Origin: Bugula neritina
Lineage: Eukaryota; Animalia; Bryozoa
NCBI GenBank assembly: GCA_964035545.1
Contig: OZ037766.1
Span: 29,824,640 to 29,888,639, forward strand
Direction of reading: 5' to 3'
DNA: 64,000 nucleotides
Below the pieces are notes generated by a model. The model was not told where the DNA came from. It made no database searches and saw only the letters and a program-made list of their open reading frames with translations. Each line of letters begins with the position of its first letter. Position 1 is the first letter of the stretch. This document shows positions 37,301 through 48,557 of this stretch, piece by piece. The position numbers and the translations under genes are program-made.

Positions 37301-40084
37301 ATCAGTAATATAAGTTGCACAATGACTTTTAGTATACAATATATAGCTCTCAAATTTCAAATTTTGTTTACAGAAAAAATTTTCAGTCAATTGGCATTAA
37401 TTTAATTTAAAGCTAGTTTACTGCATATTCTCCCCACAGGTTCTAATGGCTGTATTCCCTGAGCAGATTGACTGGAAGGGACCAGAAGGGAGTTTAGTTA
37501 AGTGTCAGAAGAAAGTTAGTCTTCCTTATATTGGAGACAAAGTTAAAATAAAACCTTCCGTCACCAAACCACACTTCTCATGGGATGGCATCAGACAAAA
37601 GAGATGGTAATGTTCATAAATGTGTTCATGGTACCGTAATAAGTAAAGTTGTGATTTCAAAATTCTGCTTAATAATCAAAAATTAGGTAGTTTCTTATAT
37701 GAATTTCAATTTTATTAGCCAATTCTTATGCTACACGAAAACTTAAAACTACTTGCAAAATATGTGATTAGATTATGCGAAGCTTGAATTTTTTTTAAGT
37801 TTTGCCATGCAGAAAATCCTTTTCTTTGGCCCAAAATAAAATTTTCAAACGTCTATGGCTTTAAATAGGTGAAATTAAGCTCAAACTATCTATGGTTTCT
37901 TGACTCTCAAAGTAAAAACTGGGAAACCTATTTAGATTAAAATGAGTTTTGTTACATATAGACAGATACAAGTGCATTTGTAAATGATGCAATTTACTAA
38001 AATACATTTTTATTGGTCTGCATTGTTTGGGAAATATTTGAAATATATGTGTTTACAACCACATGTTTATCTGCAGACTACAGCTGTAGTTTCAGAGAAG
38101 TGCTATATTTTGTGAAGAATTAAATTAGCTGTTACGAAAAGAAGCAATCACTTAAATCTTACTTTGGATGATTTTGAACTGTGTTTTAATTTGAGTAAAT
38201 AAATCTATTTAGTAAAGGCACTTTGGAAAGCATCAAATCAGAAGGACCTGCTAATGACCTGATGGTGATTGTAAACTTTCCTGAGAATCATGACTGGAAA
38301 GGTCTGTACAGTGAGATAGAGCTTGCTCCTTCTTGTGGACTGGAGGTAGGAAGCACAATCTTTTGGAAGTATATATTATAAGAAAGTTGCCATGTTATTT
38401 TTAGTAGTAATAAAATTGCATATAAATATTTTGCAAAAACATGCGTAGGCTAGTATAATTTCCATTATTGTTATGATAACTCTTAATTTGCAATAAAATA
38501 TCATACATAAACATCAACACTAAACAAAGAATACATTATAACAGATAACTTATTTTCCTAAAGCTAGTGCATTTATTAGTTTAAAGTTATCTACATGCGT
38601 ATTAAAACCATACATAAAAATGTTTTTATAATTTTTATTAAACTTTCTCAGCAGAGCAAAACTATTTTTAAGGATAATTTATAAGCAAGCATTATAGCTG
38701 TTTTGTTTTGTAACTAACATCTTTTTATGTATATAGCTACATATAGATTACATTATTATATACTGCTGTAGGAGTATATATTACAATACTGTATACAGAT
38801 ATAAGAGTATATATATTACACCAAATAGGTTGGAGATGAAGTGAGAGTAAACAGTAACATATCCGAACCATCCAGAGGCTGGGCCGGAGTAAATGGAAGT
38901 AGCGTTGGAAAAATCACGGCTATTGAAGGAGCTGAAGGTCAAGAAGAGGTCACGGTTGATTTCCCAGAATGCAAAGACTGGGTGGGGTTAGCTACTGAGC
39001 TAGAAATGTCTAGAGAACCTATTAAAGGGGAGAAAGTGCAGGTAAAACTCAACACTAGATATTGTTATGATTTGGTTTTCCGATATATTTTTTATAGTTC
39101 TTATGACAGTTCAATAAAAATATAAAGCTATAAGTATATTATGCTGACACATAAAGCTGACACATATCTATTATGCTGACAGGTGAAACTGACACATACT
39201 TATTATACTGACAGGTGAAACTGTCACATATATATTATGCTGACACGTAAAACTGACACATATTATACTGACAGGTGAAACTGACACATGTATACTATGC
39301 TGACACATAAAACTGACACATATATATTATACTGACAGGTGAAACTGACACATATTCATTATGCTGACAGGTGAAACTGATACATATATACTATGCTGAC
39401 ACATAAAACTGACACATATATATTATGCTGACAGGTGAAACTGACACATATATATTATGCTGCCACATTAAACTGATACATGTATATTATGCTGACAGGT
39501 GAAACTGATACATATATATTATGCTGACAGGTGAAACTGACTGTAGAAACACCCAAACTCGGATGGGGAGGAGCAACTCATGAGGATGTTGGAGAGCTCG
39601 TTGAGATAGTTGAGAGCTCCAAAGGTTCATGTAAAATAATGCAAATAAATAACATGTCGAAAGTAAAAAAATGTTTTTTTTCCATGAAGTTGTACAAAGT
39701 ATGCAGTGATTTTTTTATCAACTTCAGATAACTTTATTTGCACATGCAAATATTTTTAAAATTTTTGTTAATAATCTTAACAGTATGTAATGTAATTAAA
39801 CCAGAAATCTCATTCAATGTGAGTTCAGCTAATAGTTGTGTTTATAAGGTCGAGTCGGAAATGTGAAGTTTGCTGGAAAACCTGAACGTCCATTTCAAAT
39901 TGAAGATTTGGAACTTGCCCGGTATCAAGCACCAAGCTATGACGAGAGATCGCAAGTTGTCCTTCCTTTTTGGCAAATGATGCAACTCGTGAACCCTGGG
40001 TTTGGCTTATTTGGAGCACAAAACCTCTTTTATGATGAAAGTTATGACTGTTATGACGACGGTTATGATGACTATTACGATTAA
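33098..40084 (+). CDS. RING - coiled-coil - 4x HERC2/KEG-like repeat protein, paralog B2 (~670 aa)
   Basis: 12 exons: 33098-33253, 33517-33664, 34072-34296, 34590-34681, 35542-35649, 35822-36056, 36806-37005, 37440-37606, 38213-38345, 38829-39041, 39531-39630, 39849-40084. The frame is open and the gene is an exon-by-exon paralog of B1. The start ATG lies 7 codons downstream of the B1 start position. Confidence 0.87.
34305..34390. repeat. (TA)n microsatellite
   Basis: TA run just after B2 exon 3. Confidence 0.95.
39135..39541 (+). repeat. ~32-bp minisatellite (13 units) derived from the B2 intron10/exon11 splice acceptor
   Basis: Unit TATATTATGCTGACAG|GTGAAACTGACACATA. Eight units keep CAG|GTG, the last being the true acceptor; five have CAC in place of CAG. 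B1 has a single copy. Confidence 0.92.
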
Positions 40085-40715
40085 TTGTGAAACTGATTAC
40101 AATTATGACAGTTAGATGATGGAGATCATATTGTCATTGCCGCAGCCCTAACTCTTTGTACTGCAAACAGTGTAACTACTGCACAAAGATAAATTAACTA
40201 TTCAACTAAATAATGGTTCATTTTAAGTTTGTCTTTATCACATCTTCTGTTTTTTAACAGCCAGTTATATGGATAATTAGCACAAATTTGATTATATCTT
40301 ATATTACCTATCTCACATATTATAATATTTATACTTTTGTTCGTGTGTTTTGTTTGTTATGTTGCAATAAATAACTTAATTCATGATATTTACATAAACA
40401 TTAATCAGAAATATATTAATTTTGCATTAGCATTCTTCAAATACATCTATCTATGTATCTATAAATCAACCCTAAAATAAAAATGTGGTGTCTAAAGATG
40501 CTGGCCTATAAAGCTATAGGTTTTCTTTTATTTTATGCAAAAATTAAACTTTATTGTAGAATTAATGAAAGGTGTGGGTAAGGTTCTCGCGTGGAATAGT
40601 TTCTAGTTACTCAGTACGTTCCTGTGTTTAGAATGATTGCTCAACTTTCGTGAAACCAGTAGATTCAATATTTGAAAAAATATCTTTTTGAGATAATTGT
40701 TGTTAGGAATCTAGT

Positions 40716-40792
40716 AGCTCCTATATTGGTGTGATGCATAGTGTGCCTGCTTGCAAGCTGAAGGTCTCAGGTTCGAATCCCTGTGGCGGCAA
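40716..40792 (+). other. tRNA-like head (SINE head or tRNA pseudogene)
   Basis: Perfect B box GGTTCGAATCC at 40770-40780 and an A-box-like TGGTGTGATGC, but the stems do not close into a cloverleaf. Confidence 0.5.
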
Positions 40793-43019
40793 GTATTTTA
40801 CAGATATAGCCTTATAATATCGTTTTTATAATAATAAATTTTGTGATCTTGGACTAGAGGCTACATCTTGATGACATGGTTTGTGACGTGTGCATATGCC
40901 TTATTAGTAATCACCTCTCCATATTTATCAAGTCTTATGTTGCATAGAGGACAACTCCTAACTATTTATTAGATATCCCTATTGTTTGCATGTGGTAATG
41001 TGTAAATATTTTATTCCAAGGACAGTTACCAAATTTTGCAAACTATCAATATCTATACAAATCTCTAAATAATTGGAAGAAAATATGTAAATATTACCAA
41101 CATGCTCACAACATGCTAACAACAAAACTCACACTAGTGAGACTCCGTTAAGGCAAAGGTCATTTTTGATAATTTTAGATTGATTTGCTTTAAACGCTCT
41201 TTGCTCCATGGTTCCGTGAAGTTTTTTTAGACCACATAATGTTTCGATATTTCTATTGTACCTCTGAATACACTTCCATAAATACAAAATAATTAGGCAT
41301 GCTTGAAATTCACCTGTTTCCAGATTCAGGATCCTATTAAAGCCCTGCTTCCCACATTTCCTGATATAGCATTGAAAGTGGCATTATTATATAACCTGAC
41401 AAATTAGGAGTTACTTAAAAGCTGAAGAAGGATGAAAGCTTACACTGAACAAAGTGTAGTTAGTGTAGCGTCAAGTCCTTTGTTGGGTACAAACCAATTT
41501 CTCAGCAGCTGAAAATAAATGTATGATAATGATGGTGCAATATGCTGTCTTTTATATAAAAGTTGCTGGAACTTGTTAATAAATACTGTATAATTAGGTG
41601 TCATCTTTTATAGACGCTTTCCAGTTAGAAGCTAGGCTAAAGTTCCCACTTATAAATATTTACATCATTTACACACCATGCATAGAGTGTGGGCTGCATG
41701 AAAGCCTTCTAATGCTATTTTTTTGCAGTTATGTATGTAAATGAATTATTGAAGACAGAACAATAGAAATGTGACTAAGTAGATTCCTATTTATAGGCAT
41801 TATGTATTTACATGTCTTTGTATGTCGATTGTATACATTATTGTCTGTTGTAGGTGGAAAGGCTTAAAAAGAATTACACAACATTTCAAGGAAATATCAG
41901 GATAGTCATGACACATGATAATATAATAATAATAATGCATGTGAGGATTAATTTATAAGTAATATGTCAATTATTACAAAAAAACAGTTTGCAGTGTTAG
42001 TGTTTGTGTGACTTATAGTATCTTGTTGACAGTTTGCAATACTGGGGGAGGGGGATGGGCATCTGAACAACGAGTTCTCCTAATTTATTTTCTCTAAAAA
42101 TTATTTTAACCAAAATCTTCTATATAATAACTACATTAATTAAACCTGAGTTCTTTTTCAATTTTATCCAACAAAAACACATAATGGATGAATTTTTGAT
42201 CATTAGAGGATGTGTTTTGATTTCCAGAGATGAATTAATGAAAAATTGTTGATGTAAGTTTTGCACCACAGTTCAAGAAATTAAGCTGACTAAACCAAAT
42301 TTATTTGGTTGCAAAAAACTGATATTAAAGCATATATATAGCCATGCAATCATATATTAAAGAATGATACTTTTTCCGAGTTAGAAATTATTTGCAGTTC
42401 ATGCAGAAGTTATAGGCACCTGATTTGTGAAAATATGACAATGTATAAATCCAAGATGATGGTGTAGCTGTATCTATAGATGTATGTAACTTTTTAAAAG
42501 TAGAACAATGCATACTAGACTTTAAAATTTCTAAATATTTAAGATTAATTTGTTTAATTATTTTTAGATATTACTAAACTTTGCTCCTTTGAAGAACATA
42601 TCACAGCATGTGCTAATTGTTAACTTTATTATAGACAAATTGTATGAAAGAGTTTTATTTAACAAAACTCAGCTGGTGTGCAGAATAAGTTGTATATACA
42701 GTATTATGCAATCAGAAAAATGCGGTAGATAGTAAATAGTAAATAATATCAGAATATCATTAAATATAGGTCAGATGTTTATAATAATGCCAATAATTGA
42801 TGTTTGCTTAACACAATATATTATTGCTATATTACAATAATTAAAACTATCACTATGTTCAATTGACTTTTGATAATAAGTCAATCTAATGAAACTACAA
42901 TCATAAGTTAAAACAATTTGCAACGATAAATTCATCGTACACAGGCACCTGTTCCCATACCGCAAAGTCATGAAAACGTAGCGTTGTGATATCAATACGT
43001 ATAGAAATACTGGAAGCTT

Positions 43020-44012
43020 TCAATATCTCTCTAGGTTAACAGCATTGCCATTTGGTTGATCTTCACCAGAGCATCTGTTAAATCTCAATACATGTTTCAA
43101 GTTTTTAACACACTGTGGGTGTAAGTACCAGAATACTGCTAAACTGAGTATTCGCATGACAGAGCCAAATATAATTGCAGATGCTTCAGTAGTCTCTACT
43201 ACAGTAGCTTTGAGTTTCTGCACTTGAAAGACGGAGTAGAGCATTGTGGGAATATATCTGAGGAAGTGTAGCAGAAATTTCCATATGACGTACCTGCTGC
43301 CTGCAATTAATCCGCTGTTGTCAGCAGCAGTAGACCTTTTCACCATCAATCTAAGCTCTCGCCACACTATGGCAAGCAGAATAGCTGTCGACAGCATAAA
43401 CAGCGCTACCATGGCCGTCATCGAGTAATATATTGCAGAGCTTGCTAGACCCGATACATACTTGACCTGAAGGGCCGACTGACAGATTGGAAGTCTGGCT
43501 GTAGTGTTTATTAAAGTTGAAAGTAAAAAACTTGAAATAAATATTACTTCAAAGATAACTTTAATATTGTTGACCAAAGGGTGGGCGCCATATTGAAAAG
43601 GCCGACATACGGCAATGTACCTCTCTATACTTGATATCAGCAGCACCAGGTACCTTATCAGCACAGATGACCCAGAGATGGCATTGAAAATAATGAATAG
43701 CCAATAGGAAGCTTTGGCTGGCAGCTCAAGAATTGATGACTTGATTTCACAGCTTACCTTCAAGATGGATGCAGCGGAATGAATTATGTCCGATGACGTC
43801 AGACTCACGAGGATTCCAAAATACTTAGTTTTTCTCAAGTGTTTCATCTGACTTATTATCAGCAGGTGAAGAAATTGTAGAACGAGAGAAACGTAATTAA
43901 TAGCATCGTTAATCTGGTTGTATGGTGTTAAACATAGCTCTGTGTAGTTGCTAAAGCTGCACGGTAAAATTTCGTAATACTGAGTGTTAGAAAAATTAAT
44001 GCTGTTATTCAT
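43020..44012 (-). CDS. Single-exon divergent rhodopsin-class (class A) GPCR, 330 aa
   Basis: About 7 hydrophobic segments, N-terminal N-glycosylation sequons, SIERYIAVCRP at the end of TM3, LxxSD in TM2, and TM3/ECL2 cysteines. NPxxY is degenerate. Confidence 0.85.
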   Translation of the reverse strand: MNNSINFSNTQYYEILPCSFSNYTELCLTPYNQINDAINYVSLVLQFLHLLIISQMKHLRKTKYFGILVSLTSSDIIHSAASILKVSCEIKSSILELPAKASYWLFIIFNAISGSSVLIRYLVLLISSIERYIAVCRPFQYGAHPLVNNIKVIFEVIFISSFLLSTLINTTARLPICQSALQVKYVSGLASSAIYYSMTAMVALFMLSTAILLAIVWRELRLMVKRSTAADNSGLIAGSRYVIWKFLLHFLRYIPTMLYSVFQVQKLKATVVETTEASAIIFGSVMRILSLAVFWYLHPQCVKNLKHVLRFNRCSGEDQPNGNAVNLERY

Positions 44013-44646
44013 ATTTTATACCAAGTTTGGCATTGCCATAACACAGCTATATAATAACTTGTTGCACAACTTGAAGCTTGCATTAAAATGCCATAATTTT
44101 TTTTTACTTGCTTTTATAATATATCCTGGAGTAGTGTGAATTGAACCAACACATGGCTAATACAACATCCTGGCTAATGATATAATGCATGTTAACAAAG
44201 TCCAAAAGGTATATCACACTTAAATTCTGCCATGAAAAACATGGATTATTAAAAGACTATTTCGATAAAAAATTTCTATGTTACTCGTACTATATAAAAT
44301 TTATGACAAAGAATAGAATGATCTTTTTTAAATTTCAATTATTATAATATTAAGTAACTCATCAAAAAATTTAATTCATTTAGTTTTCACTGCATTGCAC
44401 TCGCAAAGTACTTAGTGGGGTAATAATAAGCAAAAATTTAATTTCTGCAAATGATGAGACAACTCTAACAAACTGGACATCTGCATGACCATCGAAGTTG
44501 TCTACCCTACGTTGTAGAGCTGTAAAGCAAACATAAATGTATTATTGTAATGTTTAGTTTAAATACTTTTCCATAGATGGACAAACATGAAGGGCATAGA
44601 CATTTTCACCGATAGCTCTTAATTTACCTTAGCCATAAAGAAGAGA

Positions 44647-44685
44647 TAATATAATATAATATAATATAATATAATGTAATATAAT
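44647..44685. repeat. (ATAAT)n microsatellite
   Basis: Pentamer run, seen directly. Confidence 0.85.
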
Positions 44686-47600
44686 GTTGTTATAAGTTTC
44701 ATGCATGCTATAGCTTCAAGTAAATGCAAGCTGTTTCCTGCATGCATGGTTACAAGAATCCTTGTATCATCATAACTAGAACAAGCATTGCCAATATACG
44801 CTATACGCTATTATATTGTCTGCACTTTATTTTGTTTATTACTGCTGCACTTTTCTAAGAATAATAATATAGTTGCAACATTTATTACATTCAGTGAATC
44901 ACCTGAACAACATAATGGGTATTATGTAACAATATATTATTATGATATATAATTTAAAGTATATAACAGAATTTCCATGCTTTGCACTTTATGTGATGGT
45001 TTTAGGCTAACATTTGCTACTATGTTTAATATTATATCCTATTAGTTGAGTTCTTACCTCCAAGTTAGACTTGGAAAGGGGGGGGCTGGGTTTGTTTGTG
45101 TATAGTTATATATATTAATGTATTATCTCCACCTGCTATGAAACAATGATCCAATGAATGCTTACAGTTTATCAGTTACGCTCAGCAGGCTTAACAAAAA
45201 TAATTGATAAGTATTATTGACAGTAGGTTGAGTTTGTGAGGACAAATGAAATAGTACAGCAGTGTGACTATATCATAATCATTGTAGCAGCTCAGGTAAG
45301 GTAAGATTCATTTACTTTTACTGTGTAGGTAAAAGATAGCACTGGCACATGCAAATTTTTTTGTCATGATGTTTGTTTTTGTAAACTTTCATGCAAGTAA
45401 AGTGCTATTTTGCTTAAAAGCATGCAAATTTATTCTACAATCAGAACTTAAAATTGAGTAAAATCAAAATATTTGAATTCAATATTTTATATATTCAATA
45501 GAGGTATCCAATATTTCGTTGTATCATTAGTTTGCTAATGATCTAATTTCTAATATATAAGTATAGCCCACTATGCTGCACATATGATGCACTTCTGTAA
45601 ATTAATCGAATATACATGTAGTACTGTAATTTGTCTTCCTGATAATACGTTTCCAATATATTATACCGTCATTTGCATGTCCTGTTGATACTGAATTAGG
45701 TGAATCTCTACTATACTATATTATAGCATAGTATAGTATAGTATTATAGTAGAGTAGGTATAGCGTGTCATAACATTCTAGTATAGTGTGTATAGTATAT
45801 AGCTATAATAGTTAAGTATATGTATAGTCTCAAAGTCTAAACTTTATGAGTCAGATGTTTCAAGACTTTTAATTTTAGTAAGATTTGACTAACTAAGTGC
45901 TTTGCTAAAGATCATTGATGAATTTGACTACCACTCTTGACATCTTCTACAGAAACACTGGCTATTCTTTCATCCGTGTATAGTTACAGTCATATATTGT
46001 CTGATCCGTTAACTGATACTGTGCCCAGTGTCTGACCAGCTTGTAGTGACAGTTTCAACGACTCAATGAATGAACTTACCGGCTTAAGCTGGTAATGAAC
46101 AAGTCTCACACTTGACTATTAGGAGGAAACAAAAAATGCAAATATTTGCGCATAAATATGTGGGTACAGTTTCACTCATTTGAATTAGTAATTAGATGTG
46201 CGTTAGTCTCAAGTATGTGTCAAGTGGATTATCATGATGAACAATTAACCACAGTGAAAGCTAGTAAGTTTTAACATTTCCCTTAAAGTGGAAAAGATAG
46301 CCATCCCATATTTTGGTTCAAATATAGTGCAATATACTGGGTCAGTTTTATAAATGGTCTCATGCTAGCTATATATTTATAATATCTAATTCTGCAGCTT
46401 TCAACACTTAACTTATATGAAATGCATCCAAGCTAGCACTGGTAGAGCGAATAGGGATTTGTACAATTTAATCAAATTTAATAAAACAAGCATTCTTGCT
46501 GAGCTGTGTTTGGCCACTGAGTTTCTATATTCCAATTAAATTAATTTTCTAAACTTACTTTTTCACACCACAGTCAACCTATAGCAAAAAATACAATAGA
46601 AATAAGATATGTAGGCACTTGGTGTAACATTAGCTACTCTGATTTCAAATGTATGGCTCTTTTCATTTCGTATTAGAGCTAAGCACATTACCTAATAGGC
46701 ATGAAGAATGTAAACAAGCATTATTATGTTACATAATAGTCTAGAAAGAGTATTCAGTAGCATGAGTGTTACTCAACGTTATTTCTCACGAGTAGATAGA
46801 ATGATTTACCCCACTGGTCCAATAACTTACAAGTAAGTCAGCATACAGTACATACAATACTGCAAATAATATGTTAAATTTAAACGGTATAACATACAAC
46901 TGACAATCCTTGCATTTTATTCCAGCAATTTATATGGTTTAATGCAAAAATAATTATTTTAACAAACAACTATTTTTAATATTCTTGAAGAGTTTTTTAC
47001 TGGTGCTGTTTTACATTAAAATAGTCAATTTATTAATATTCACTGACATAATTTTAGCAGTCGTAGATTTATATACAAGCAGGAAGATGTTCAAAAGGAA
47101 ACTGGAGATAGTACATGTATAATACTGCTGCTTTAGTTTAAACTGCTGAATGCATGCAGTAATGCATCTCTTGCTGCAAAAGCCATCCCTGCGCTCTAGC
47201 TGTTCTTTTTGAATTAATAATAGCATAAATATGCCTTATAGCAGCAGAAATAAATACTAAATTATTCTGTAATCAAAGAACAAGTTTTTACAGAATTCAC
47301 ACATGCAGTTCAAGTATTTCATATATAAAGTATTACAGTCTTTTTAAAACTCTTCTTTACTTTAAATGAGAGAACAATTACACCAAAAAGTTAGTGTTAA
47401 AATATGGCTTGTATCATCTAGTCACAATTATTTAAAAAGAAAACAAATGGCATCGAACTGTTTTATAAGTTGCATCTTAAAGCTAGCTATATATAACCAG
47501 ATATATATTCTGTACAAATATACATAAGCATTACAAAGACAGACTTAAAATTATTATCATATGTATTGTTTTACATCAAAGACTTGTGAGTTGATTTTTA

Positions 47601-48557
47601 AGTCAATTCAAGTCATTGCCTTTCCTAACTTGACTATGACTTTAATTCCTAATTTACTAATGACTTGATTATATCACCTAACCATGTAACCCATGGGTTA
47701 TATGGTTGAGTGATAGACTGCAGTCTCTAAATAAGCTTTATTTAGCCACTTTCTAGCAAATAGGTAGGATAATGTAGTTTGCATGGTTGTGCTAGTCTGT
47801 GTTTATATTGTTGACATAATTTCACATTTAATAACAAATATTTGGGGAGAAGGTACATTCCTATTTTGAGAACACCCACATAGCCACACCAGATAATAAA
47901 TATCTCACCAAATAACTTATGTAATTGTGTTCATCTCGTGTTAATAAATATAAATCAGCATTTTATATTAATATGCATCCTTGAAATATAAGTATATAGT
48001 ATATCTGACCCACTACTGTGACTATAGCGTTCTAATTTCATGTTTATATAAGTTGTTAGCTAGGTCAGGCTTATTAACCATCATGTGTTTAGAAAGTACA
48101 CTGGATAGATAAATAGTGCTATAGCAACAGTTAAAGTAGCTATAGGGTAGCTTAAATCTAGGTGATAAATACTAAACCACAACAAAGCTGCAATAGATTA
48201 CAACTCTAAAGTAGTTAAAGCAGTCTTTTTGATTCAACTAGTGAAATGAAATCACTAGATTCTTTGAATTCCATACAGGCTTCCGCAATATATAATCCGA
48301 AAGCATGATTTTGAATTGAATGAATGATCTCCAATGCTTTCTAAACACACTATAAGAACTAGTGATTAGAATATTATACAGTAAATACTACTCTTGGACT
48401 ATATATTACATAAACATTATTGCCCACACCTTAAACTGAAACCCCAAATTTTGTGCTGCATCTAGCTGCATATTTATTCTTTTCCTAAACTAAGTAGAAC
48501 TTCAAATACTGTCTCTACATTTTTGATAGATTAGCTTATGATGAGGTTGAAAATTGG

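Noticed and set aside
39135-39541. CRISPR-like appearance of the ~32-bp repeats
   Set aside because: There are no unique spacers or cas genes, the context is a eukaryotic intron, and the unit derives from the splice site.
3298-40084. Calling the cluster genes MIB1/MIB2, HERC2 or a named TRIM
   Set aside because: There are no ZZ, ankyrin, HECT, RCC1, B-box, NHL or SPRY domains, so no known symbol fits.
40716-40792. Functional tRNA gene
   Set aside because: A B box is present but the acceptor and T stems do not pair properly.
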